DNA of 64,000 nucleotides from Promethearchaeota archaeon (GTDB taxonomy: Archaea > Asgardarchaeota > Lokiarchaeia > Sigyniarchaeales > SOKP01), in assembly GCA_029838195.1 (NCBI GenBank), contig JALGVJ010000004.1, positions 173,476 through 237,475 of the forward strand. Direction: 5' to 3'. Each line of letters starts with the position of its first letter. Position 1 is the first letter of the stretch. This document shows positions 41,601-50,684 of the stretch, piece by piece. The position numbers were made by a program, and so were the translations under genes. A model generated the notes under the pieces. The model was not told the origin of the DNA. It worked only from the letters and a program-made list of their open reading frames with translations, and did not search any database.

Positions 41601-41768
41601 ATGGGTTAATGCGAAGTAGAGCATGTCATCTTTAAGTTCTCTGATTTCTTCATCGTTAAAATACTGTTTATATGGTGTGTTTATGATTATCAATAGTAGT
41701 ATGGGCGTCGCAAGTACCAGCGATATGATAATAGTTGTTTTTATTCTTCGCTTCCATAAGTAATCTAT
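38619..41768 (-). CDS. Prenyltransferase/squalene-oxidase repeat ectodomain - TM - ABC ATPase fusion
   Basis: About 11 QxxDGGF-like repeats; TM QLLISILSVEIAFFWLLGFITFLSYF; GESGAGKST, LSGGQKRR, ILWLDEPTSGLD, ITH; frame extended from TTG 41693 to ATA 41768 to recover the signal anchor. Confidence 0.8.
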   Translation of the reverse strand: MDYLWKRRIKTTIIISLVLATPILLLIIINTPYKQYFNDEEIRELKDDMLYFALTHQNPSSGLFIEVDIDSTHRAIYSINFSDDEFSQSNLINPKSNSLLKPEVDDLFFHYLFEKQNDDGGFSDIYGLSNMFSTYEVVATLTKLEPSFFDPVIDEEKIDKIINYLKESQEPHGYGFRLNPIVNDSDIISTYCAVKLAGNFSAHSLLNNVNLSSFINSTWREGGYAYTNTTILPTPESTYYGIKAFLELNMTYSLIERGLIISYFTLLRYANLDGGYARQVGEPSDIQSTFYAVSSLYEIGFTPLQRFETLNYVLNCNNSDGGFGLRPGDKHESTFKSGWAAMNTIALFEKYSLLDDEFKERIKQVRSNYYQWLYEHQARNGLFGHITIESNYLGILSVYQHNSTAIPELININNTWEFVENCYNPQDGGFGSRPQMNSSLFSTFCAIELYRIFFTHEQIYLPNRTTTQDYLADLQNPDGGFRAGNDTEYISFLFGSYYYLIIDLINTNISTVETSYWAYSSLKILGGLGKINISSLEHWIKSCQNADGGFSLFMGFYSDVISTYYGLELLISLEKDPLSKISAVEFLKLAQIDNGGFTIMPSLSTYVGISISYFLVTYSASKALYDYRYQPEDMNALIDWFLECVSKKTGGLGDAPNFGGDLRNCPFGITIIDYFQYDRAFDPTPWNQLLISILSVEIAFFWLLGFITFLSYFDLIERVKSLLNIREKLNIDYLKNSPAIFCEDLCIYAGRKLIVDSVSLELKHGEILGVLGESGAGKSTFIKGLLGMRKTKGISQIYGMDVKKNAKKIRPIYGYCPQDLSKIYQNFTTLQNLLYFGNQYGIPEKEMRRRARRILRALEIEDKMYEPVKNLSGGQKRRVSIAISLIHEPIILWLDEPTSGLDPIVRENLWLSLTRINEQFNTTLIVITHYPEESRFCHKVAIFRRNRGLIDYGSPKELLEQLPGKGRTITIVFKEVQENVIMKLEKMEGISKVLEDKAGTDYSIYSDLPINEVEEIIKREFGEDSIEKILQTESRMEEYFRYRTIEIEE

Positions 41769-42781
41769 TTAGCACCACCCCCCTTAACTTCCATTTGATA
41801 CTCCCATTCTCTTTTTTCTTTTAATTCTTCTTCTTGTATTCTTAATTGAAAATATCTTCGAAAAGTTGCCCTATCTTTATTAAAAGAATTAATTTTTACA
41901 TTATTTTTAATTAAATATTCAATCAAATTTGGTAATTCTTGTTCAAAATTTTCAATAAATACCTCAATGACATCGTTTCCTACTCGTATTATTTTTTCTA
42001 CCGGAAAGGTTTTAAAAACATTCATGACATCTTGGTTTAATCTTTCAATCGTGAATCTAGCCAACATGCCTTTACTCGGAAGAGTTGAGATTAATATCTG
42101 AGGATTTTCAAATTCAAGGATTTTCCCTTGCCGTAAGATGGCAGCTTTATCGCAGATTAAAGAGCATTCCATGTCATGTGAGATTATAAACATTGTAGTG
42201 CCTAATGTTTGATTTAATTTCTTGAGATAACTTAAGATTTCATATCGTTTACTAGCATCGACTCCTGTTGTAGGCTCATCAAGAAATAGAACCTCTGGTT
42301 GATGAATGAGCCCAATTGCCATAGACACTCGTTTCTTCTCACCACCACTCATGCGCTCTAATGGTTTTTTCCACGTATCTTCCGGAATATCTAAAATGTG
42401 AAAGAGCTGTTCCGCAACTTCTTCCGATTTTTTTGTTTTCAAACCGTATGCAGAAGCAAAGGTATCAATATTAGCTTTAGGTTTCAAATCATAGTAAAGA
42501 TTTAACTCTTCGAGCTGAGGAACATACCCTATGGAAGCTAAAATTTCTGCATGATTGCTCTTTTTAGCAGGTGACAACCCATTTACAAGAATCTTTCCAG
42601 TCCAATATTTTTTACTCAATTGGCATGTAATCGCTCGAATTATGGTAGTTTTTCCTGCACCAGAAATCCCAAAAAAACCGATAATCTCACCTTTTTTAAC
42701 AGAAAATGAAACGTCGTGAATGACTTGTTTTTTGCCGAACTTTACGTTTAGATTCTCTACGATAATTACTAGTTCTCTCAA
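41765..42781 (-). CDS. ABC transporter ATP-binding protein (ABC-2/DrrA-like)
   Basis: GISGAGKTT, GYVPQ, MSGGEKKR, VLFLDEPTTGVD, ISHD. Confidence 0.93.
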   Translation of the reverse strand: MRELVIIVENLNVKFGKKQVIHDVSFSVKKGEIIGFFGISGAGKTTIIRAITCQLSKKYWTGKILVNGLSPAKKSNHAEILASIGYVPQLEELNLYYDLKPKANIDTFASAYGLKTKKSEEVAEQLFHILDIPEDTWKKPLERMSGGEKKRVSMAIGLIHQPEVLFLDEPTTGVDASKRYEILSYLKKLNQTLGTTMFIISHDMECSLICDKAAILRQGKILEFENPQILISTLPSKGMLARFTIERLNQDVMNVFKTFPVEKIIRVGNDVIEVFIENFEQELPNLIEYLIKNNVKINSFNKDRATFRRYFQLRIQEEELKEKREWEYQMEVKGGGAK

Positions 42782-42866
42782 TTTTATGTTCCTTCCACGT
42801 GTTTTGTTCAGATTTTTAATTTTTTAATGGGATTCATGATGGTTTTTTAAAAATTTCAAGAATTGT

Positions 42867-44096
42867 TTAAACCTCATATTTTCTTAAATAAAAAACGATG
42901 AAGCTAAGCACGAAAAATAAACAACTTATGCCTAATAACCAATAAAAATCAAAACCAAAAACCGACTTTCCTTTCGTGACTATTCCCGTTATAATGGGTT
43001 TTCCATGGGATAAAGGCAACATGTATGCTGCAACTTGTAAATAGACGGGCATGGATTCGATTGGAACGAAAATCCCGCTTAAAATCACGATTAAGATGAA
43101 AAAAGCAAAAAATAATTGATTAGCTTCCGTTTTGGTATTACTCGTACAACTTATGAATATGCCCATGCTTAAGGCGGCAAAACCAATCATGTATAATGCA
43201 AGAAATAAATCAAATAATGAGCCAACCAAATACAAGCCATTCAAGAGGCTTGAAGTTAAAAGTATGATAACTTGGGCCAATAAGATAAGGGAATACGTGA
43301 TGTATTTTGATAATAAGATCTCATGTCTTTTAAGCGGCGTGAGAAGTAATCGTGCGATGGGTTTTTCTCGAACGACGACTAAAATCGTCAAGACCATTGA
43401 AATACCAAAAATCATCATTGGTAATAACAATGTCATGGCATTATTAAATTGAAAATTATAATTGGGAGGAATGGAAAATTCTTCATAACCAACAATCTTG
43501 AATTGCGATGTTAATTTATTGTCATGAACAAATATATTAAGAGAATCTTGAACTGCATTCAAGAATTCCTGTAATTTTTGAATGTCAGAGGAATCTACAA
43601 TGCATTGAATGAACGCCGGTTGACCCCAGTTGATCATTTCAGAAAAATCCATGGGAAGGACGATGATTATACTGATTTTATTCGAAAGCAACTGATTTCT
43701 TGCTTTTTCCATTGCATAAACTTCTTCAGAAGCATTATAAAATTGCTCTAATGAAAGTTTTTGAGATTTATTCACTGCATTCACGTAAGGAATGGTATAA
43801 TTATCAATTTTATGCTCAGTATAGTCATTAGGATTTATGAATGTATTTGAATCGTAAGATATAACTATTGTTTTAATAGGAATGGGATTCTGACTAGAAC
43901 TAATGGATAAATAGGCAAAAAGCGTGATGATCAAGGGAGGAAGTACTAAGGCTATAAATAAATTATAAGGGTCACTGCGTAATAATCGAAATTCTTTTTT
44001 AACCATTTTTAAAATTCTGAAAAGGCTGGCTTTTATATTTCGAAAGAATCGCCTTGAATTCCCCTTCTTTCTCAGTCTTAAAATGCTAGAAGCCAC
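42867..44096 (-). CDS. ABC-2 type transporter permease with extracellular domain
   Basis: KKEFRLLRSD, TM1, large loop, RLLLTPL..EILLSK, LSGIFVPIESMP, LPLSH; GTG at 44096 behind GGAGGT preferred as start. Confidence 0.88.
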   Translation of the reverse strand: MASSILRLRKKGNSRRFFRNIKASLFRILKMVKKEFRLLRSDPYNLFIALVLPPLIITLFAYLSISSSQNPIPIKTIVISYDSNTFINPNDYTEHKIDNYTIPYVNAVNKSQKLSLEQFYNASEEVYAMEKARNQLLSNKISIIIVLPMDFSEMINWGQPAFIQCIVDSSDIQKLQEFLNAVQDSLNIFVHDNKLTSQFKIVGYEEFSIPPNYNFQFNNAMTLLLPMMIFGISMVLTILVVVREKPIARLLLTPLKRHEILLSKYITYSLILLAQVIILLTSSLLNGLYLVGSLFDLFLALYMIGFAALSMGIFISCTSNTKTEANQLFFAFFILIVILSGIFVPIESMPVYLQVAAYMLPLSHGKPIITGIVTKGKSVFGFDFYWLLGISCLFFVLSFIVFYLRKYEV

Positions 44097-44097
44097 T

Positions 44098-45258
44098 TCA
44101 AACCTCCACTTTTTTAATTTTAAATACAAGATAAGCCAAGAATAGAAAAACTAAACTAATCAAGTTTAATGGGATAAAATCTTCAAGAGAAATGGATAAT
44201 CCCTTAAGTGTAATGCCGGTTAACAGGGAGATCGCATGACCTAATGGTAGACTATTGATTAATACTAGCATTACGGGAGACAAGGAGGATTCATCGACAA
44301 AAGCTCCCGAGAAGATTAGAATTGTAATGAAAAACATGATATAAAGTTGATTTGCAGTTTGTTCTGAAGGACTTATGGCTGATATGAATAATCCAATGCA
44401 CGTGCCACAAAATCCGATGGATACCAACACCAGATATAGCTCGAGTAAAGAACCTAAAGAATATAACCCAAATAACGCAATAGTAACAAAAATTTCTGCT
44501 GATTGTAAGATCATGATCAAGGTATTTGCTAATAACTTGCTTAAAATGATTTCGATTTTTGCTGTCGGAGTTAATAACATTCGAGGAAGCGGCCCTTCGG
44601 AAACAATGGAAAGCGAGGTTAGATTCATTGTCGTTCCTAGAACGATAAGAGGAAGCATGATGGAAACGGCATAATTTAAAACTTGTGTTTCCCAAAAGGG
44701 AACATCAAATTCGAGGGAAGGCGCCATGACGGTCATGTTTTCTGTCATTCCCACTTCAATCCGGAATAAAGCAATGGGCTCTTGCAAGGATACTTCAATG
44801 GCGGCTACTGCGTTTAAATCTGAACCATCGACATGATAAATGATAACAGGATCTACTTTCTTAATAACGGATTCAGAAAAGTTTTCAGGTAATACGATAA
44901 ACACATCAATGGTTTCTTGCCTCAATAATTCAATATATCTATTAAAAGTATACTCATATCCAGAATAATTATGAGCAATATACGATTCATAGAGACCGAA
45001 AGAACTCGTATTATCCCGCATTATGGAAATAAAAACATCATCATACTGATGCGCATCCTTCTCCTTTCTAAAACCCTTCCAACAATGCATTTCATCCTTA
45101 CTTAAAACCGCGGCATTAAAATATTTCGTCGGGCCTCCCCCTGAAGTGAGACCAAATACGATAATTAAAATTAAGGGGATAAGAAACAAAAGGATGAGAG
45201 TCCTTCTATCAGATCGAATACGACCAAATTCTTTAAAAATCAACCCGCGAATATTCAA
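44098..45258 (-). CDS. ABC-2 type transporter permease with extracellular domain
   Basis: FKEFGRIRSD, TM1, large loop, RMLLTPT..EIILSK, FSGAF, LPLGH. Confidence 0.9.
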   Translation of the reverse strand: MNIRGLIFKEFGRIRSDRRTLILLFLIPLILIIVFGLTSGGGPTKYFNAAVLSKDEMHCWKGFRKEKDAHQYDDVFISIMRDNTSSFGLYESYIAHNYSGYEYTFNRYIELLRQETIDVFIVLPENFSESVIKKVDPVIIYHVDGSDLNAVAAIEVSLQEPIALFRIEVGMTENMTVMAPSLEFDVPFWETQVLNYAVSIMLPLIVLGTTMNLTSLSIVSEGPLPRMLLTPTAKIEIILSKLLANTLIMILQSAEIFVTIALFGLYSLGSLLELYLVLVSIGFCGTCIGLFISAISPSEQTANQLYIMFFITILIFSGAFVDESSLSPVMLVLINSLPLGHAISLLTGITLKGLSISLEDFIPLNLISLVFLFLAYLVFKIKKVEV

Positions 45259-45669
45259 GAAATGAGTCTACCCCCTTATTTTGATATTTAACAATAATAA
45301 ATTAAATTTCTTTCTTTTATTTTTTTTTATTTTTAACACGCAAATTAGAAAAATTATAGTAATTTAGATTTCACAAAGCCTCACTCCTAAAATTAATAGT
45401 AGTAATATTTCCTTTAATTAAAATAGTAGTGATTGAGATTTGTTAGAATAAAGAAAAAATAACAAATATTTTTTTTTCATTCCTGTTTTCTAAAACCACT
45501 ATGATCCGTGTCTCAAGCGTTCAGTATAAAATGAATGAATTTAAAAAAATAGAGAAAAAATCACTTCTTAATACAATGTAAATTAAATTATATTGATGAG
45601 AAAGAGATATCAATTGAGAATTTGGATTCAAATAAATAACTTTTTTTTTAATCGATAAAATCATGATTT

Positions 45670-47112
45670 CTACATGAGATAAGTATTTTGAAACCATTCT
45701 TCTAAATTTTTAAATCTTCTCGATTTAAACGATAAGAGGAGATGATTGCGAGCATCCTTATTTATTCTTTCAAACAAAGCCTTACAAAGATCTGGATTGT
45801 CTCTGGCAATATCGTGTTCCCATTTAGGATCCTTGCTAAGATCAAATAATTTTTGAAAAGTTTGGTCATTAGAAGTTATTAAGGCATGATGATCATCTTT
45901 ATATAGCGTCCAAAGGGCCATTCCACAAGTCACGTAATTTCTTCCTTCAATAAAATGATCATCTTCGTTAACAAACACGGATAAATCTATACCTTCAAAA
46001 ATATCCGGAATTTCTTTATTTAAAAATCCAAGAATCGTAGGCAAGACATCATGAATGTACACGTGCGTTTTTTTCACGCGCTTAGGCCCATTTACTCCGC
46101 CAGGAGGTTTGATAATAAAGGGAATCTCAACTAATTCAGGATATAAGAAAGTAGGAATTTTTCCAATAGCTCCATGCTCCCCTAATAAGTGCCCATGATC
46201 ACTAGTTAAAATAATTAAAGAATCTTCATATAGCTCCATTTCTTTCAATTTTTCCATGAAATATCCAAACCACGCATCACATTGAGAAACTTCTCCCGCA
46301 TAACAAGCTCTCATGCAGTTTAATTCTTCTTCAGATAAATAATCATGAGTCTCAGAATAGAGAGGATGTATGATTTTATTACCATTATAGTTCTCATCTA
46401 AATAGAGATTTAAATATTTATCAGGAGGATCCCAAGGCTCATGCGGGTCGAACTCATCAATTAAAAGAAAGACATTATTATAGTGTTTTAAAGTTTCCAA
46501 CGTTTCAACAGCTTGTCGAAAAGTTCTTGCCGGAAAATAATCTTTTTCTTCTTTTCTATCCTGGACATTGGCGAGATATCGATTTAATAAGAGTTTTTGT
46601 ATTTGAACTTGCGAGCGATTTTCTTTAGTCTTTTTTATTAAGAACTGGCGTACAAGTTGATTAATTTCTCGTTTATCTCCCTTTATTCTCGCCCGATATT
46701 TATCAAATTCTTGTCCCCGAATGAAATGCCATTCATCAAATCCAAGATGGAAATTCATGTTGGGTTTAAATTGATGATACGTGCTGGAAATAAAAGCTGT
46801 AATAAAGGCAAATCGATTTAAATACTCTGATAGATGAACTTGATGGGAAGGAATGGGAGTCCAACCGGGCGATTCAGTCATATCATCTGTTCGAAGGTAG
46901 GGTGGATCGTTATCAAAAGGAAATGTTCGAATGCCGGTATGAATCGCTCTTCGAGCTGGAATAGTTGGTAAAGATTCGGGATAAGCATTATCAAATACTA
47001 TCGCGTCTTTAGCAAATGCATCGAAATTAGGTGTTTTTATCCAGTCATTGCCATGAGTTTTTCCCGTGTGATCTTTACGGAGTGTATCAAAAATGATGAG
47101 AAAGATTTTCAT
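45670..47112 (-). CDS. Sulfatase-like / alkaline phosphatase superfamily hydrolase
   Basis: FDTLRKDH, TPNFD, PTIPARRAIHTG, DPHEPWDPP, TSDHG. Confidence 0.85.
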   Translation of the reverse strand: MKIFLIIFDTLRKDHTGKTHGNDWIKTPNFDAFAKDAIVFDNAYPESLPTIPARRAIHTGIRTFPFDNDPPYLRTDDMTESPGWTPIPSHQVHLSEYLNRFAFITAFISSTYHQFKPNMNFHLGFDEWHFIRGQEFDKYRARIKGDKREINQLVRQFLIKKTKENRSQVQIQKLLLNRYLANVQDRKEEKDYFPARTFRQAVETLETLKHYNNVFLLIDEFDPHEPWDPPDKYLNLYLDENYNGNKIIHPLYSETHDYLSEEELNCMRACYAGEVSQCDAWFGYFMEKLKEMELYEDSLIILTSDHGHLLGEHGAIGKIPTFLYPELVEIPFIIKPPGGVNGPKRVKKTHVYIHDVLPTILGFLNKEIPDIFEGIDLSVFVNEDDHFIEGRNYVTCGMALWTLYKDDHHALITSNDQTFQKLFDLSKDPKWEHDIARDNPDLCKALFERINKDARNHLLLSFKSRRFKNLEEWFQNTYLM

Positions 47113-47251
47113 GAGCTTCGCTTACAATAATTTATTATGATGAATTTACTTATTATTTTATTTAAATGATTCATTTTAATTGAAAATTTATATTCTTTTT
47201 AAAGTAAAGAGAAATGAGTTTTTATGCGTGGTAACCAAAATTAAGTATTGT

Positions 47252-48229
47252 TCATTGCTTGATTAATTCCTTTAAGATTAAAAGCATAGAAAAAATATCG
47301 TGATAATTATGTTCAATGCATTTTTTAACCAATCCAACGTAGCGCTTTGGATTGTCCACATATTTACGATAACACAAGCCCACTAAACTGCTTGGTAATA
47401 CGTTCTCTCTTTGAAAATCTAATAATTGACATTCAATATTCGTTAAAGTATAATTATCATGCAATCCCTTATATTTTCGGCGACAATTATGATAGAGATC
47501 CACGTGGTAATAAAGTGTATTGCTCTTTTCATAAGGATCTTCGTTATCATATACCAAAGGATTCTCATCAAAAAAATATAATAATCTATTGGCAATATAA
47601 GGGATGTCATAACTCTTTCCATTATATGTAATAAAGCCTTTAAAGTTTGGAAGCACGATTTTTTTGAAATGCTCTAAAACCGCCACTTCTTCTTCTAATT
47701 GGCGTGCAAAATATTGTAAAATGCGAAATTTATCCTTATCTTGATATCCCATCCCTAAGATAATAATGGGACTATCATATAAATCTAATGTTTCAATATC
47801 AAGAAAAAGAAGATCCTTTTTCTCAAAACAAAAAAGTAAATCTATATCATGAATGTATCTATTTTGAATAAGATGGGAAAAGTCCTTTTCTTTAATTAAC
47901 TTTAATAGTTCATTTGCCGAATCTTTGTAACGCACGTTATATATTAAATCCTCTATGGTGTTAATCCCTCTCCTAAATAATTGCTGCTCAATTACCTCTC
48001 CTACCTGATATATGGCTTTTAAATTCCCTAATAAGTGTTTTCGGGTAATAGATAAATCTAATTCGATATCAGGATGCTCAATTTCCCATTGAATTTCCAT
48101 GAAGCATCCCATATCATTCTCTCGAATCACGTGATTAGGAAATAATTCTGTAAGGGTTTTTCCCTTATATTTACTGATATCCTCTGAAATATCAACACTA
48201 AATTCATCAAAATTTAAACGAAAATCCAT
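47252..48229 (-). CDS. RNase H-like (YprB/RNase_H_2) exonuclease-domain protein
   Basis: FLDIETL, TYNGKSYDIPY, HVDLY, HNYHD. Confidence 0.85.
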   Translation of the reverse strand: MDFRLNFDEFSVDISEDISKYKGKTLTELFPNHVIRENDMGCFMEIQWEIEHPDIELDLSITRKHLLGNLKAIYQVGEVIEQQLFRRGINTIEDLIYNVRYKDSANELLKLIKEKDFSHLIQNRYIHDIDLLFCFEKKDLLFLDIETLDLYDSPIIILGMGYQDKDKFRILQYFARQLEEEVAVLEHFKKIVLPNFKGFITYNGKSYDIPYIANRLLYFFDENPLVYDNEDPYEKSNTLYYHVDLYHNCRRKYKGLHDNYTLTNIECQLLDFQRENVLPSSLVGLCYRKYVDNPKRYVGLVKKCIEHNYHDIFSMLLILKELIKQ

Positions 48230-48402
48230 TATTCCTCTCTTAGCATTGCGTATTATTTAAGAATAAAAGGCCATTGAATTTTAATAAAATAATACATCAG
48301 AACCTTTTTAATTTAAACTTTTATAATTAAAAATAACATGAAAAAAATCTAAACTCTTTGTTTCTTCCTAAAGGTTTCCCCTTTAAATCATTATTATAGC
48401 TT

Positions 48403-49749
48403 TCATTTAAAAAACATGTCAATGTTCGGAATGGTATCCTCATATCTTGAAGGAGATGCCCCCGTTTTGAAGAATTTTCTAGATTCCGAATCTTCTAATA
48501 CATAGTTCGAACCTCCTCCGTGGATCATGCAATAGGGATCTAAAAATCCAATTGGCGCAGAATATTGGCGAATGAATCCGCGCCCGCCCATCGTCCTGAA
48601 GCAATGAATAGCACTTTCAAAAGCTAACTCTGTTGTTTGGATTTTTAGCCCCATGGTATTCGCCGCCATTATTTTTGAAGTCCCTAACTCGGGATGAATA
48701 TCTAATTCCCGAACGTAATTAATTAAAGCAGAGATCAAAAGATTTAATTGACGTATGTTTTCAGAAATTGGGAATCGAATGACTTGATATTTATGTAACC
48801 TTCGATTGAACTGATGCCTATTTAACGCCCACGTGTGAGAATATAAGAGTTTTTTCATCGCATCTCCTAAAGCCTCTGCTGAAATTACAAGACGCTCCTC
48901 TGTCAATTGGTGAAACGCAATCTCTAAGCCATGACCTTGAAGTAAATTTTCACGAGGAATGTCCACCCGATCAAAAATTAATCGACTTACGAAAGCGTCG
49001 TTCATACCGTACGTCCTAATTCTTGCTGAGCGAAAATTCTTTAATTTCTGATGCTCCGTATCCACGATTACTGCTCCTATGGGTCCATTATTCAAGCGAC
49101 CATATAGCACTAAGTAATCACATAACATGCCATTCGTGATGAAAACTTTTTTACCTTTAGCAATAATCTTATCGTCTTGGACTTGTAGATTTAGCTCCAT
49201 ACTGGAAATATCACTCCCAGCATTAAATTCAGTCATTGCGGAAGCAGCTATTGCGCCGTCTCTTGCAACCGGCAGCAAGAATTTTTCTCTTTGGTAATCA
49301 TTAGCCTTGTAATCAACAGGATTACAATAAAGGGTACCACCGGCTAAGCGTCCCATTTCCACGCTCCAATTTCCGGCAATATATCGTTCGCTATATTCCG
49401 ACCACCTGCCACCGCATAAAGCAAAGGCGATTAGGGCATTTCTCATTACTTTTCCGACTTCATGTTCATCTTTATCAACCAGAACCGTGCTATAATATCC
49501 TTTTTGAGCTAGTTTTTTCATGATGCGGAAGATGATTTCTTTTTTTTTATCTTGGGTGGGCTCTTCCACGTAATAATTAAGTTCTTCCAATTCTCTCAAA
49601 TCCTCATCAAGTTCTTTTTCGAGAAATTCGTAGAATTCTTCTAAAAACTCTTTTTCATTAGGTTTTAGAAGCGGATTGTTCAAAATATCGAGTTCCGGCA
49701 CGTAGCGCGTTATTCGAATCGGTTCAAATTCACGTAATCTTATATCCAT
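48403..49749 (-). CDS. Acyl-CoA dehydrogenase family protein
   Basis: AMTEFNAGSD, GKKVFITNG, LTEERL, RHQFNRRL..YQ, MGGRGF. Confidence 0.9.
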   Translation of the reverse strand: MDIRLREFEPIRITRYVPELDILNNPLLKPNEKEFLEEFYEFLEKELDEDLRELEELNYYVEEPTQDKKKEIIFRIMKKLAQKGYYSTVLVDKDEHEVGKVMRNALIAFALCGGRWSEYSERYIAGNWSVEMGRLAGGTLYCNPVDYKANDYQREKFLLPVARDGAIAASAMTEFNAGSDISSMELNLQVQDDKIIAKGKKVFITNGMLCDYLVLYGRLNNGPIGAVIVDTEHQKLKNFRSARIRTYGMNDAFVSRLIFDRVDIPRENLLQGHGLEIAFHQLTEERLVISAEALGDAMKKLLYSHTWALNRHQFNRRLHKYQVIRFPISENIRQLNLLISALINYVRELDIHPELGTSKIMAANTMGLKIQTTELAFESAIHCFRTMGGRGFIRQYSAPIGFLDPYCMIHGGGSNYVLEDSESRKFFKTGASPSRYEDTIPNIDMFFK

Positions 49750-50072
49750 TTTTTATCTTCTTTTTGTTTTTTATTAGGTATACTAATTGGTAAATAGTAA
49801 AAGATATAAATAAATGTTATAAAAAAGGTCAATAATTTTACGTTGATTTTTTGATGAGAAGTGTTGATGGTGAAAATTAAAATGTATGTTTAGTATATAG
49901 AATAAAAATATAAATTCAAGAAATTTAATTCAATTTTAAATTCAGAGGGAAAAAATTACATCCGGTATATTTGTAAAATAAGATACAATCAAGTTAAAGC
50001 GATAAATTCATAATTCTCCAATTATATCAATATTAATTATTTAAAAGAAAAACCTAAAAAAAAAAAGTTAAA

Positions 50073-50684
50073 TTAAAAAGTAAATCCTGCTGGTAAATCG
50101 GATTCAGGTGTATTTTCTGGAACGAACATTAAATCTAAAATAGTATAGGTAGGATCTTTAGTCCTAAAAATGGGAATAACTCTTTTACCAATTTTCGGTT
50201 CACCTACCGCTAAAACACTCATTAAAATAGTCTTCACTTCCTCGTCGAATTCAACATTAATAAACTTGATTGGTTTCGGTAACATGTTAAAAGCACCTGA
50301 ACGATGTGTAATGATGAAAGAATGAATGCGAGCACAATTTTTTGCTTTATCCGTTATATCTACTATCATGGCTTTACGGAGACAATCAGGACAATAGATT
50401 CTGAAGGGTTCAAAAACAGACCCTTTTGCAAGACAATTATCATTATCACAGCGGGTTGCCAATAATCGCCCTTTTCCTAATGATTCAAAAAAAATGGCTT
50501 CTCCTCCATAAGAATGAATATACGTCATATCTCGTGGATTCGTGATTCCTGCTAACTTATTTTCATTTTTATCGAAAATGGGTTGGTTTTTTTCAATAAT
50601 ATGAAATTTTCCTCGTATCTTATATTTTCCATCAATAACCTCAACAAATCCCATTTCTTCTTCTGTTTTTGGCATTTTTTTCAA
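50073..50684 (-). CDS. DUF35 / Zn-ribbon-OB-fold thiolase partner
   Basis: GRLLATRCDNDNC...PFRIYCPDC followed by OB-fold strands; 4-bp overlap with the thiolase gene. Confidence 0.85.
   Translation of the reverse strand: MKKMPKTEEEMGFVEVIDGKYKIRGKFHIIEKNQPIFDKNENKLAGITNPRDMTYIHSYGGEAIFFESLGKGRLLATRCDNDNCLAKGSVFEPFRIYCPDCLRKAMIVDITDKAKNCARIHSFIITHRSGAFNMLPKPIKFINVEFDEEVKTILMSVLAVGEPKIGKRVIPIFRTKDPTYTILDLMFVPENTPESDLPAGFTF

Noticed and set aside
38619-41768. Calling the repeat protein an active protein prenyltransferase or squalene-hopene cyclase
   Set aside because: No DxC zinc motif or DxDD motif is visible, and the domain appears extracellular.
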